From a bacterium (GTDB taxonomy: Bacteria; Myxococcota_A; UBA9160; SZUA-336), in the NCBI GenBank assembly GCA_024226335.1, contig JAAELY010000545.1:10523-74522 (forward strand): 64,000 nucleotides of DNA, given 5' to 3'. Position 1 is the stretch's first letter. The number at the start of each line of letters is the position of its first letter. Below, one piece after another: positions 9,625 to 20,416 of the stretch. Position numbers and translations under genes: made by a program. Below the pieces are notes generated by a model that made no database searches, was not told the DNA's origin, and worked only from the letters and a program-made list of their open reading frames with translations.

Positions 9625-10419
9625 GTGCCAGAGTCACGTGCAGAAGTCGCATGCAACCCGCCGGACGCAGGAGGATCAGCCGTGGCCACTTCCAACGCCG
9701 GCAAGGCGCGCAATCGTCTTCACCCAATCGTCGCCACACGCGCACTGCGCGCCCTCAGCGCAAACCCCGACGACACCACCCAGGCGATCATCGCCATCGG
9801 TGCTCTCTCCGGAAATTCCCACGCGCGTCTCTTCAGACGCTTCAAGAAATCCGAAAAGGGGCGGAAGATCCTGCTCGAGAAGCGCACCCTCTACGACCTG
9901 CTGGCCGACCAGGAGCGGATGCTGGCCATGCCCCCCGGCTCTCTCGGACGGACAATCGTCGAGTGGTTCATTCGCGAGAACCTCAGTGCCGAAGGACTCG
10001 CAGGGGCCAGCCAGGCCGCCGCCAAGGAGTTGGGCGACCGGCCCCCGATAAGCGATGAGGCAGAGGTCTTCGGCACGCGCATACGCAATCTGCACGACGT
10101 CTTCCACGTCGTAACCGGTTACGACCGAGATATGCGCGGCGAGATGGCCGTGCTCTCCTTCACGTTCGCGCAGACGGGCAATACCGGAATCGCGTACATG
10201 GTCGGCAGGTCGCTACTTCGCATGGGATGGAACTCGGAGACGGGCAAGCTGATCCGCCAGGGCTACCGGCGCGGTCGACGCGCGCAATGGCTGCTCGACC
10301 AGGACTGGGAGACACTTTTCGAACAGCCGATCGACCAGGTGCGCGAGCAACTCGGTCTCGGCGAACCGCCGGTCTACGAACAACTTCGCTCCGCCGGCGC
10401 TCCCGCGCTGAGCGCCTGA
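9625..10419 (+). CDS. Coq4-family protein (ubiquinone biosynthesis Coq4-like). GTG start; the start position is uncertain.
   Basis: HDVFHVVTGYDRDMRGE matches the Coq4 HDxxH-x11-E zinc-ligand motif. Confidence 0.55.
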   Translation: MPESRAEVACNPPDAGGSAVATSNAGKARNRLHPIVATRALRALSANPDDTTQAIIAIGALSGNSHARLFRRFKKSEKGRKILLEKRTLYDLLADQERMLAMPPGSLGRTIVEWFIRENLSAEGLAGASQAAAKELGDRPPISDEAEVFGTRIRNLHDVFHVVTGYDRDMRGEMAVLSFTFAQTGNTGIAYMVGRSLLRMGWNSETGKLIRQGYRRGRRAQWLLDQDWETLFEQPIDQVREQLGLGEPPVYEQLRSAGAPALSA

Positions 10420-10457
10420 TCGCTGCCAGCGAAGGTCTCGCGAAGACGAGGAGAAAA

Positions 10458-11942
10458 ATGAGCAGCCGAATCATCGTCGTGGGCGGTTCCGTCACCGGTC
10501 TGGTCGTGGCCCTGGTGCTGGCCCGGGAAGGACATCAGGTCACGGTCCTGGAAAAGGACCCGACGCCGCTACCGGAAACACCCGACGAGGCTTTCCAAGG
10601 TTGGCAGCGGCGGGGCGCTCCCCAGGTCCTGCAATCCCACGCGTTTCTCGGCCGCATGCACAACCTGATCCGCGACCGCGAGCCCGAACTCTTGCAACAC
10701 CTGCTCGACGCAGGGGCCGAAGAGTTGACGTTTCGCAGCATGGCCGGCCAGTACCTGGCCGACCCGGTCTTCGAGCCGGGAGATGACGACCTGGTTCTAC
10801 TGGCCTGCCGCCGGGTCACGCTCGAATGGGTACTGCGCCGCCATGTGCTCGCAACGGGCCTCGTCGAGGTTCGGGACGGCGATGAGGTCACCGGCCTGGT
10901 CGCCGAACGCGATCCCGGGACCGGACTTCAAAGCGTTGCGGGCGTCAACCTGCGCGCGGGCAATGGCGCCACGAGCGTTCTGGCGGGTGACCTGATCATC
11001 GACGCCAGCGGACGGCGTTCGAAGCTCTCCGAGTGGCTCGTCGAGATCGGTGCACCGGCGATGCGCGAAGAATCGAGTTCTTGCGGGATCTTCTACGCGA
11101 GCCGCTTTTATCGGCTGCTCGAAGGCGCGAGTCGGCCGAGCGAGGACGGCATCATAGGTGCGGATCTCGGCTACCTGAAGTACGGCATCTTCCCGGGCGA
11201 CGCGCGCACATTCTCGATCACACTCGCGGCGGCCCCCGATGACGATCCCATGCGCGCGATCCTGCGCACGCCGAGCTTCGAACGTGTGACCGAATCAGTG
11301 CCTATGTTGAAGGAATGGACCGACCCGGCGGTTTCAGAACCGATCACCGAAGCCAACGGCATGGCGAACCTGCGCAACACGCGGCGTTACTTCGTCGAGA
11401 ATGGCGAACCGCTCGCGCTGGGCGTAATTGCGATCGGCGACGCGTTGATCCACGCCAACCCGATCACGGGTCGCGGCTGCAGCCTGGCCTGGATCAGCGC
11501 CTACGCTCTGGCCGATGCGCTGCGAAAGCACTCGGGTGACCCGCGTGCCATCGTGCTCGAACTCGAATCGGTCATCGAGAGCGAACTCGCACCCTGGTTG
11601 CAGATGCAATTGCGCCAGGACGAGGCAGCCATCGAGGTCAACGAAGCCCTGTGCCGCGGCGAGGATCCCTTCCTGGTCGAACGGCCCGATGGAACGCGGG
11701 ATCAGAAGGCTTACATGCAGGACGTGATCCGGCAGGGTCTGGGTCCCGCGATACGCTCGAACGTGGAGATGATGCGCAGCTTCATGCGCGTCGCTCACAT
11801 GCTCGACAACCCCATGGAACTGCTGAGCGATCCGGAAGTGATCCGGCAGGTGCTCGTAGCCTATGAGACTCGCCACGAGCGCGAAACGCTGGTCCGGGGC
11901 CCGGAACGGACGGAGATGCTTGAGATTCTGGCCGCGGCCTGA
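10458..11942 (+). CDS. FAD-dependent monooxygenase/oxidoreductase (PHBH fold).
   Basis: IIVVGGSVTGLVVALVLAREGHQVTVLEKD is a Rossmann FAD site. GDALIHANPITGRGCSLA is a second FAD motif. RBS GAGGAG precedes the ATG at 10458. The 5' part of the track ORF (from 10227) is upstream non-coding read-through. Confidence 0.7.
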   Translation: MSSRIIVVGGSVTGLVVALVLAREGHQVTVLEKDPTPLPETPDEAFQGWQRRGAPQVLQSHAFLGRMHNLIRDREPELLQHLLDAGAEELTFRSMAGQYLADPVFEPGDDDLVLLACRRVTLEWVLRRHVLATGLVEVRDGDEVTGLVAERDPGTGLQSVAGVNLRAGNGATSVLAGDLIIDASGRRSKLSEWLVEIGAPAMREESSSCGIFYASRFYRLLEGASRPSEDGIIGADLGYLKYGIFPGDARTFSITLAAAPDDDPMRAILRTPSFERVTESVPMLKEWTDPAVSEPITEANGMANLRNTRRYFVENGEPLALGVIAIGDALIHANPITGRGCSLAWISAYALADALRKHSGDPRAIVLELESVIESELAPWLQMQLRQDEAAIEVNEALCRGEDPFLVERPDGTRDQKAYMQDVIRQGLGPAIRSNVEMMRSFMRVAHMLDNPMELLSDPEVIRQVLVAYETRHERETLVRGPERTEMLEILAAA

Positions 11943-11973
11943 GCAGATCCGAGCGCTGAAAGAAGGCCGGACA

Positions 11974-11987
11974 TGACTGGGGTCATA
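11974..11987 (+). promoter_or_regulatory. FNR/CRP-family-like palindrome ATGAC-N4-GTCAT upstream of diiron paralog 2.
   Basis: atgactggggtcat. TGAC-N4-GTCA core; centre ~75 bp upstream of the ATG at 12055. Confidence 0.3.
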
Positions 11988-12054
11988 CCCGGAGGACGTA
12001 GCACCGCACTAAGGTAGGGACCCATCTCTAGCCAGGTAAAGCGAGGAATTGAAA

Positions 12055-13011
12055 ATGCCGGTTGAAGAAATCATAACTCAGCTCACCACACACTGGAAGT
12101 TCGACTACGAACCCAAGGTGAAAGCCCTTCGCGATCTCTATGAAGTCGCCAAGAAGGAGCAGTGGAACGCGGCCGCTGATATCAACTGGAACCTGGAGAT
12201 CGACAAAGAGGGCGACATTCTCGCGCAGCCCCAGGATCCCACTCGCGAACTCGACGCGGTTCTGGCCCTGCCGGACAAGAAGCGCTCGGAATTCGCGATC
12301 GCCAACGCAGCCTGGACCCTGTCTCAATTCCTGCACGGAGAACAGGGCGCCCTGCTCTGCTGTGGCCAACTGGTCGAAGCCGTTCCCGACATCGATGGCA
12401 AGCTCTACGCAGCGACCCAGGTCGTGGACGAAGCGCGTCACGTAGAAGTCTTCCATCGCTACCTCAAGCGACTCCACCGCGTCTACCCCATCGACCCCGC
12501 GCTCCAGGCCGTGCTCAACGCGATCCTGGAAGCCGATATGTGGCAGATGAAGTGCGTCGGCATGCAGGTGATCGTCGAGGGGCTGGCGATGGGCTCTTTC
12601 AAGATCATGAAGGAAGAGTCCAACGACGAGTTGCTGCGCAACGTCGTCGAGCTGACCGCTCAAGACGAGGCGCGTCACGTGTCCTACGGGCTGATCTACA
12701 TGAAGGACGAACTGCCTCGCATGAGCGATCCTGACCGCAATCGGGTCGAGGACTTCGCCTACACCGCAGTCGAGGCGCTGTCCGGGCGCAAGCCGGGCAC
12801 CGGTTTCACCAGTCAGATCGATCTCTTCCAGGAGGTCGGCCTGGACGTGGGCGAGGTGGTGACCGAGCTAACGGGCAAGATGGCGGATCCCGAGTTCGTG
12901 GCCAAACAGCCGGATGCCTTCCGCGACTACGTCATGCCGCAACTCAATCGCCTGGGCATCATCACCGACCGCACCGCGCCCAAGTACCGCGAGTTGGGTT
13001 TCGAGGTCTAA
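12055..13011 (+). CDS. Ferritin-like diiron-carboxylate protein, paralog 2.
   Basis: ~70% identical to the 2506-3471 protein. It has GEQGA...DEARHVEVF and VEGLAMG...DEARHVSYG. RBS GCGAGGA sits upstream of the ATG at 12055. Confidence 0.65.
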   Translation: MPVEEIITQLTTHWKFDYEPKVKALRDLYEVAKKEQWNAAADINWNLEIDKEGDILAQPQDPTRELDAVLALPDKKRSEFAIANAAWTLSQFLHGEQGALLCCGQLVEAVPDIDGKLYAATQVVDEARHVEVFHRYLKRLHRVYPIDPALQAVLNAILEADMWQMKCVGMQVIVEGLAMGSFKIMKEESNDELLRNVVELTAQDEARHVSYGLIYMKDELPRMSDPDRNRVEDFAYTAVEALSGRKPGTGFTSQIDLFQEVGLDVGEVVTELTGKMADPEFVAKQPDAFRDYVMPQLNRLGIITDRTAPKYRELGFEV

Positions 13012-13130
13012 CAGGCGTCGAAAACCCGAGCCGGGCCCCGGCAGACCTCTTTCATTCCAGGGTCGCGCGTATGCCACAATGGGGCATACCTGCTCAGAGC
13101 CTCGCCTTCAGCGCGGCCAGCTAGCAATGA

Positions 13131-14114
<984 letters not shown>

Positions 14115-14118
14115 TTAG

Positions 14119-14133
14119 CGGGGGCGGCCCGCG
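14119..14133. terminator. Candidate bidirectional hairpin between the convergent NMO and nirDL genes.
   Basis: GCGGG-GGCGG-CCCGC. Confidence 0.3.
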
Positions 14134-14141
14134 ATAGGAGG

Positions 14142-15152
14142 CTAGGCTCCGTGCTCCGCCCACCACTCGTCGAGTTCGGGCAGGAAATAGCGCAGGCGGA
14201 TCTTCTTGTACTCCTCGAGGCTCACCAGCAGGCGGTAGTCTTCGCGAGCGAGTTGCAGCTTGTCGGCCAGGCGAGCTGCGACGACCTCGCAGGCTTGCAG
14301 ATCCGGACCGTGGATCATGCTGTAGAGCGTGTAGGGAAAGCCCTCGATGGGATTGCGTGCGTAGCAGTGGCTGACCTCGGGTGCAGCCGCCAGGATGGCC
14401 CCGAGTTCGCTCGAGCGCTGGCTCGGTGCGCACCACACGGTCATTGCATTGGCGCGAACGCCGAGTTTGCGATGGCGCAGGGTGCCGACGTAGCGGCGGA
14501 TTGCGCCTCCCAGATGCTCGCGACCGAATGCGATCAGCGTCGCCTCGTCGGTACCACAAGCGCTGGCCAGCTCTGCAAAAGGCCGTAAAACCAGAGGGGC
14601 CGGGGTCTGCAGGGCGCGAAACAGACGACGGCTCTCGTCAGTGAGCCGCACGGCACCCGTTTCGGAGGGAGGGGCCACCTCGGTATGGTTCTGGCGCGTA
14701 CGCAGATCGAAATTGACGCCAATCTTGAAGGTCTCGGTGCGCCGCAGCGCGTGAAAGGCGGTTCCGCAGGCGCTTGAGAGCGCCGCGATATGCGCATCGA
14801 CTCCAGGGGCGAATGGCGCTGCGATCGTGTACCAGAGGTTGTACTCGTGATCGCGCAAATAGTTATGCGTGATGGTGGGGTGATCGTTCAGGATTGCGAC
14901 TACTTCGGCGAGGCGCTCCTCGGCGACCCTTCCTGCGACAAGGGCACTGTCGTAACCGAGCGCGCTGCCTTCGAGAACTGCCGAGATCTCGCGCAGAGTC
15001 CCCTGCTCGCTCCACTTCTGGAGGAACTCCAGAACCTCTGGCTCTGGAATGCCCAGCTCAGTCCCGATCTCCGCAAACGGTCGCTCGCTGAACGGCACCG
15101 CGTGTTGAACCGCACGGATGATCTGATTCTCGTGCTCCTCGCTCAGCTTCAC
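14142..15152 (-). CDS. nirDL: Siroheme decarboxylase, fused two-domain AsnC/Lrp-like protein (NirD-NirL / AhbA-AhbB type).
   Basis: Two tandem Lrp/AsnC-like halves (DHPTITHNYLRDHEYNLWY and EVSHCYARNPIEGFPYTLYSMIHG). Downstream of nirF and nirJ. Confidence 0.7.
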   Translation of the reverse strand: MKLSEEHENQIIRAVQHAVPFSERPFAEIGTELGIPEPEVLEFLQKWSEQGTLREISAVLEGSALGYDSALVAGRVAEERLAEVVAILNDHPTITHNYLRDHEYNLWYTIAAPFAPGVDAHIAALSSACGTAFHALRRTETFKIGVNFDLRTRQNHTEVAPPSETGAVRLTDESRRLFRALQTPAPLVLRPFAELASACGTDEATLIAFGREHLGGAIRRYVGTLRHRKLGVRANAMTVWCAPSQRSSELGAILAAAPEVSHCYARNPIEGFPYTLYSMIHGPDLQACEVVAARLADKLQLAREDYRLLVSLEEYKKIRLRYFLPELDEWWAEHGA

Positions 15153-15174
15153 ATCAATTCCTTTCCGCAGCCCC

Positions 15175-16362
15175 TTACAACCCGATCTCGAATGCGCGCC
15201 AGGGACCGAAGATACCGGAAGGCGAAGCCAGAGTCTCGACGTCCTCGATCTTGCGGGTCGTCGCGTTCACGAGCAGTAGCTGGTTGGCGCGATTCGCGCT
15301 GACGAGCACATGCGAGCCACGCGGCGTGAAATCCATGTGGTAGATGCGGCCGGCCAGTTTGATCGTATCGACCACGGCCAGTCGCTCGACATCGATCACC
15401 TGAACGAAAGCATCATCCTTCTCGCCCGAAAAACTCACCCAGACCTCGCGTTCCGTCGGCGAACGCACGGCGTATACAGGATGGCCGCGCAGGGGAATCG
15501 ATTGCATGAAGGCAAATGAACTCCGATCGAGCACGGCTAGTCGGCCCTCACCGACCAGGGGCACGAAGATGAACTGGCCCGCGACGGCCCACGACGCCAG
15601 GTGTGGCAGCTTCACGGGCGCACCGCGCGGATAGGTGCGCTTCGGATCGCGCAGAGACACCGCCCGAGGACGTGACTGCGGATCGGTGAGATCGAGCACC
15701 GTGACAGTGTCGGACTCCAGATGACCCACCACGTAGTTCCGACCGTCCGGAGTGATCATGGCGTCGTAGGGCATGCCGTGCTCTTCGAGCTTCACGCGCC
15801 TCTCGACGACGAGTTCGGGGCCCGAAGCGTCGATCACCCAGATCTCGGCACCTTCCATCAACACACAGACGAAACGGTTTCCAGGCGCATCGACGATACC
15901 GGTCACACGCGAGGGCACGGCTTCGCCTTTGTACTGAAACGTAGCGTCGAAGCGCTTCACCAGCTTCAAGGTCCGCGCGTCGAGGACGGTGACGCCCCCC
16001 GGCACGTACTCGGCCGTGGCGATCAAACGCCCGTCCTGGCTGATCGCGTTATCGATCGAACTCTTCGAGGTGAACACCTCTCCCGCCCGTTCGAGCTTTT
16101 CCAGATCAATTCGGCTCACCTGGCCGCTGCGCGAAGAGAGATAGCCATATCTCAGATCCGGCGAAAAGATCATCGTGGCATGACGCAGATTGCCGAGGCC
16201 CGTGATGCGCTTCGGATTGAGTTCTCGCGTGGCCAGATCATAGACGGCGAGGCTACTGGAAGCGCGCTCCACAACGAATACCCGCGAGCCCGTTCCCTGT
16301 GCATGCGCAACCTCGGCGCTGAACAAGCAAGCAAGCAAAATACTGATGATGACAAGTCTCAT
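15175..16362 (-). CDS. nirF: NirF, heme d1 biosynthesis protein (cd1-like 8-bladed propeller without a heme c domain). ATG at 16360-16362 with a signal peptide.
   Basis: MRLVIISILLACLFSAEVAHAQ is a signal peptide. The protein is propeller-only and sits between nirJ and nirDL. Confidence 0.7.
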   Translation of the reverse strand: MRLVIISILLACLFSAEVAHAQGTGSRVFVVERASSSLAVYDLATRELNPKRITGLGNLRHATMIFSPDLRYGYLSSRSGQVSRIDLEKLERAGEVFTSKSSIDNAISQDGRLIATAEYVPGGVTVLDARTLKLVKRFDATFQYKGEAVPSRVTGIVDAPGNRFVCVLMEGAEIWVIDASGPELVVERRVKLEEHGMPYDAMITPDGRNYVVGHLESDTVTVLDLTDPQSRPRAVSLRDPKRTYPRGAPVKLPHLASWAVAGQFIFVPLVGEGRLAVLDRSSFAFMQSIPLRGHPVYAVRSPTEREVWVSFSGEKDDAFVQVIDVERLAVVDTIKLAGRIYHMDFTPRGSHVLVSANRANQLLLVNATTRKIEDVETLASPSGIFGPWRAFEIGL

Positions 16363-17525
16363 GTAGACACTCCGATCTCGGAATCTTCGAGTACGCAGGC
16401 CGGATCGGGATCCCATAGTTCTCCGCCGTCGGCGAGAGCGCGTTCACGGTGTGAACCGCGACACAACGCGCGGTATTTGCACGCACCGCAGCGTCCTTTG
16501 AGATAACCGCTGCGATCGGCCAGTAGTGTACGCATGGGGTGCTCGAGTATGTCCTTGAAAGCATCGCGGCGCACATCCCCGAGCGTCTCCTGACGCCAGA
16601 ACTGGTCCGGGTGAACGTGACCGCGGTGGTCGATGTTCAGGATCTTCTCGCCGGCAGAGTTTCCACCCCGCTCGCTCAATAGGACGCGCACAGGTGTGGC
16701 CGCATTCGCGCCGTATTGCGATTCGATCCAGCGCAGCAACAACGGCCCATCGGAGTCATTCGAGCCGGTAACGATGCGCGTTTCGGCAGCATCGACGAGC
16801 ATTCCCTCGGCTGCCGAGAAAAGGCCAAAAAGCAGCGCGCGCACGTGCTCTTGCCCGACGTCCTCAGCCGCCATCTTGCGACCGCGCCCGGAATAGAGCA
16901 AGTGGGAAACATAGAAGCGATCAGCACGAACTTCGCACGCAAGCGCGAGCATCGCGTCAATCTGCTCGAAGTTGCGCGCGGTGAGTGTCATGCGCAACCC
17001 CGTGCGCATTCCAGCCGCCTTCGCGAAACGCAAGCCACGAACGGCCGCCTCGTGGCCACCCTGCAGACCCCGATACTCGTCGTTGAAAGCCGGGATGCCA
17101 TCGATGCTGATGCCGACGTAGGCAAAACCCGCCTCGGCCAATCGGTCCGCGCACGCCTCGTCGATGAAAACACCATTGGTCGAAAGCTGCGGAGCGATGC
17201 CGATCCGTCGCGCATGCGTCGCGAGTTCAACAAGATCATCGCGTAGCAAGGGTTCTCCGCCGCTGAAGATGACGATTCGCACGCCACAGGAAGCGAGGTC
17301 ATCGAGCAGGCGCAGCGCCTCTTCCGTATCGAGGTCATCCGAAGAAGGACGAAAGGCCGCGCCGGCGTAGCAATGCGGACACGACATATTGCAGTGCCGG
17401 CAGATATTCCAGACGATGACGGGAGCGCTGATATCCGGTGCGAAGCGCTGAGGTGCACGCGCACCCACTTCGGCAGGAGTGACCCGTTGACGGGCCACTT
17501 CGAGCATATCGCTCACCGGCAGCAT
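16359..17525 (-). CDS. nirJ: NirJ, radical SAM heme d1 biosynthesis protein with a SPASM domain.
   Basis: NICRHCNMSCPHCYA is the CxxxCxxC radical-SAM motif. C-terminal CGACKYRALCRGSHRE is the SPASM domain. Overlaps nirF by 4 nt. Confidence 0.8.
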   Translation of the reverse strand: MLPVSDMLEVARQRVTPAEVGARAPQRFAPDISAPVIVWNICRHCNMSCPHCYAGAAFRPSSDDLDTEEALRLLDDLASCGVRIVIFSGGEPLLRDDLVELATHARRIGIAPQLSTNGVFIDEACADRLAEAGFAYVGISIDGIPAFNDEYRGLQGGHEAAVRGLRFAKAAGMRTGLRMTLTARNFEQIDAMLALACEVRADRFYVSHLLYSGRGRKMAAEDVGQEHVRALLFGLFSAAEGMLVDAAETRIVTGSNDSDGPLLLRWIESQYGANAATPVRVLLSERGGNSAGEKILNIDHRGHVHPDQFWRQETLGDVRRDAFKDILEHPMRTLLADRSGYLKGRCGACKYRALCRGSHRERALADGGELWDPDPACVLEDSEIGVST

Positions 17526-17599
17526 CGATATCTCCTTCCCATCACGTCTGATGCGCTTCTTGACATGTCCCGAGATCCACTGGTAGAGGACGAGACCTC

Positions 17600-19024
17600 A
17601 TGTTCATACGCAACGCCATACGACTCAGCATCGCCCTTTTCCCCATCGTTGCCCTGGCCGGTGGCGCAGCACCAGACACGGCGGAAGTGTACGCTGCCAA
17701 CTGCGCCTCGTGCCACGGTGTCAGGCGGTACGGAGACTACGCTCCTCCGCTGATCCCGAGCACCCTCAAGCGAAAGAGCGACGAACGCCTGCTGAAGGCG
17801 ATCCTCGAGGGCCTTCCGGCCACGCAGATGCCCCCGTTCGGCCAGTTGATCGACGAGGAAACTGCCAGGAAACTGGTGACCTGGATGCGCCAGCCCGTGG
17901 GCAAAATCCACTGGGACGTCGCAGACGTGGCCTCGAACCGCATAGCCTTCCCCCCAGGGGAAAAGCGGCTCCCCACCTCGCTCGCCCGCGAGCACGTAAT
18001 GCTGGTCGTGGAGCGCGGGAGCGGCAATATCTCGGTGCTCGACCGCAAGCTCGATGAAGTCGACCGCTTCCCCGTCGGACGCGTTCACGGCGGGCCGAAA
18101 TTCGACCTCGACTTCCGGCGAATCTGGGCAACCACCCGCGACGGAACGCTGGTCGTCTACGATCTCGAACGCGGCGGCCTGAGGGCCAAGGCGAAGGTGG
18201 GAGTCAACACCCGCAACGTGGCCGTTAGTCCGGATGGCGCGCTGGTCGCCGCTGCCAATCTTCTGCCGCCGGGCGTGATGCTGCTCGACGCCGACCTGAA
18301 CCCCCTCCATCGACTCGCGCTGGACGGCCAGACTTCGGGAATCTACGCCTTGCCCCATTCGGATCGCTTCATCCTTTCGTTGCGCGACCGCCCCACGCTG
18401 ATCGAGATCCCCTATGCCAAACCGTCGTTGATCGAGACGGCGCTGCCAGAACCCTTTGAGGATTTCACGCTCGTGCCGGGCCGCAACCAACTGCTCGCCA
18501 GTTCGCGCGAAGGCCAACGCATCATGCTCTGGGATCTCAAACAACGGCGAGTCGTTTCGGCACTCGACACGGAAGCGCTGCCTCATCTATTCTCCGCTTG
18601 TTTCTTCGAGCGGGACGGGCGCCTCCACGCGGCTCTGAACCACATGGGCGTGCCGCGCATGTCGATCCTCGACCTCGAGTCGTTCAAGATCGTGAAGGAG
18701 ATCGAACTACTGGGCGCTGGTTTCTTCGTCCGAACACACCCGGGTACGCCCTGGCTCTGGGCCGACACGAACACCGAAGCCATCCAACTGGTCGACAAGG
18801 CCTCGCTGACACTGAGAGAACCGGCACTGATTCCAGAGCGCGGGAAGAAGTCTCTCCATGTGGAATTCAGCGCCGATGGCGCGCAAGCCCTGGTCAGCGT
18901 CTGGAACAAGGAAGGCGCAGTCGTGGCCTACGATTCGCACTCGATTGAAGAGCAACGTCGCTTGCCGTACGCGATGCCGGTAGGGAAGTACAACGCAACC
19001 AACAAGACTCGGCTACTACGCTAG
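17600..19024 (+). CDS. nirN: NirN-like cytochrome cd1-family protein (c-heme domain plus d1 propeller; dihydro-heme d1 dehydrogenase).
   Basis: Signal peptide followed by CASCHG. The propeller domain is homologous to NirS/NirF. At 474 aa it is shorter than NirS, and a bona fide nirS is present elsewhere in the window. Confidence 0.6.
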   Translation: MFIRNAIRLSIALFPIVALAGGAAPDTAEVYAANCASCHGVRRYGDYAPPLIPSTLKRKSDERLLKAILEGLPATQMPPFGQLIDEETARKLVTWMRQPVGKIHWDVADVASNRIAFPPGEKRLPTSLAREHVMLVVERGSGNISVLDRKLDEVDRFPVGRVHGGPKFDLDFRRIWATTRDGTLVVYDLERGGLRAKAKVGVNTRNVAVSPDGALVAAANLLPPGVMLLDADLNPLHRLALDGQTSGIYALPHSDRFILSLRDRPTLIEIPYAKPSLIETALPEPFEDFTLVPGRNQLLASSREGQRIMLWDLKQRRVVSALDTEALPHLFSACFFERDGRLHAALNHMGVPRMSILDLESFKIVKEIELLGAGFFVRTHPGTPWLWADTNTEAIQLVDKASLTLREPALIPERGKKSLHVEFSADGAQALVSVWNKEGAVVAYDSHSIEEQRRLPYAMPVGKYNATNKTRLLR

Positions 19025-19046
19025 CCAGACCGTGTACGTGCACCGG

Positions 19047-19062
19047 TGACGGGCGCGGGTGC
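19047..19062. terminator. Candidate bidirectional hairpin between the convergent nirN and napB genes.
   Basis: GGGCGC-GGGT-GCGCCC. Confidence 0.3.
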
Positions 19063-19070
19063 GCCCAGGC

Positions 19071-19589
19071 TCACTTCTTTGCTTTGTCCCCTCGGAATAA
19101 ACTCTTCAATGACTTGACGTTTCCCGCCTGGGGCGCGTGACACATCGTGCAGTTGAAACGCGTCCCCGCGACATCCTTGGCCTTCTCGTAGCCCTTTACC
19201 CGATTGCGCATAGCGTCGCTCTTCTTGCCCTGCACGATCACTGCGCGTTCGAAGTGCGTCTTGGGCAGAGGCAGATCCTGCTTGCTCGTGGCATTTTCGG
19301 GATGGTGGCACACCATGCATTCGTTGTCGTCCGAAGTGATCGGAAGCATGTCCTCGACGGTATGCGGGATCGAAGGTGGCGCTTCAGAGAAGGAGCGTTC
19401 GATCAGCTTCGATTCGCCAGCGGCCGTCCCGATGTAGTTCGCCAGGTCCTGCCGACTCATCGCGTCGAGATCCGAGTCGCGGAACCAGACATCGAGACCG
19501 TCGTCCACCTCCTTGACTGGATCGGCTGCGGGCGCAAGACCGGGCAGCAAGAGTGCGCTCGCGATCAGGATGCAGAATATCGCTCTCAT
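19071..19589 (-). CDS. napB: NapB, diheme cytochrome c subunit of periplasmic nitrate reductase.
   Basis: Signal peptide. CMVCHHP and CTMCHAP are the two CXXCH motifs. Confidence 0.8.
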   Translation of the reverse strand: MRAIFCILIASALLLPGLAPAADPVKEVDDGLDVWFRDSDLDAMSRQDLANYIGTAAGESKLIERSFSEAPPSIPHTVEDMLPITSDDNECMVCHHPENATSKQDLPLPKTHFERAVIVQGKKSDAMRNRVKGYEKAKDVAGTRFNCTMCHAPQAGNVKSLKSLFRGDKAKK

Positions 19590-20416
19590 GGTGACCCCTC
19601 CTCCGGGCTATTTACCGCGCCTCCGCCGAAGCGGAGCGCGAAGTGATAGGCATCGCGCGGGCACACCTCGAGGCAGCGCGCGCAGTTCAGACAGTTTCCA
19701 TGGTCGATGAAGCCCCGTTGCTCCATCTCGTCGTAGCGAATGACCTTGGGTTCGGGACAGATGCGGATGCAATCGCCACAGTAATCGCAGCGTTCCTGAG
19801 CGAAACGCACACGCAGCAGCGACCAGCGGCCGACGAGTGAATAGAAGGCGCCGAGCGGGCAGAGTGAGCCGCACCAGCCCGGCCGCAGAACGAACAGGTC
19901 GAGCACGAAGATCCCGGCCACGACCAGCAAACCCAGACCCGGACCGTAGATCAACTCTCGATGAGTCATGGCGATCGGACTCAGCCACTCGAAGGCCGCC
20001 ACTCCGGTGATCGCCGAGACCGGCAACGCCAGAAACATGATCCAATAGCGAACGCTGCTGTCCACATGCAGGCTGCGACGACCGTCTAGACGCGGACGCA
20101 GCCAGGCGGCCAGATCCGTGACTGGATTCAGCGGACAAACCCAGGCGCAAAATCCGCGACCTCCGAATACGTACCAGAAGCCGAGTACCGTCACCGCACC
20201 CAACAACACCGTATTCTTCAGGGTATGACCCGTTGAAAGAATCTGCAGAACGGCGTAGGGGTCGGACAGAGGAAGCGTGCGCAAGACTCGAGAGGCCGAG
20301 AGATTCCCCGTCAGTACGCCGAGGTGCCAATGCGCACCTAGCCAGAACAGAACGAGAATTCCGATCTGGGTCGTTCGCCGGGCAAGTAGGTAGCGGTGCT
20401 TCCGTAGCCAACTCAA
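19586..20416 (-). CDS. napH: NapH, membrane-bound ferredoxin-type quinol dehydrogenase subunit (TTG start).
   Basis: TM helices carry CxxCP (FCAWVCP, WCGSLCP). C-terminal [12 protein letters not shown] and [12 protein letters not shown] are two 4Fe-4S motifs. Confidence 0.8.
   Translation of the reverse strand: MSWLRKHRYLLARRTTQIGILVLFWLGAHWHLGVLTGNLSASRVLRTLPLSDPYAVLQILSTGHTLKNTVLLGAVTVLGFWYVFGGRGFCAWVCPLNPVTDLAAWLRPRLDGRRSLHVDSSVRYWIMFLALPVSAITGVAAFEWLSPIAMTHRELIYGPGLGLLVVAGIFVLDLFVLRPGWCGSLCPLGAFYSLVGRWSLLRVRFAQERCDYCGDCIRICPEPKVIRYDEMEQRGFIDHGNCLNCARCLEVCPRDAYHFALRFGGGAVNSPEEGSP

Noticed and set aside
17513-18586. 357-aa minus-strand ORF.
   Set aside because: Antisense to nirN, with Arg/Gly-rich low-complexity translation typical of high-GC shadow ORFs.
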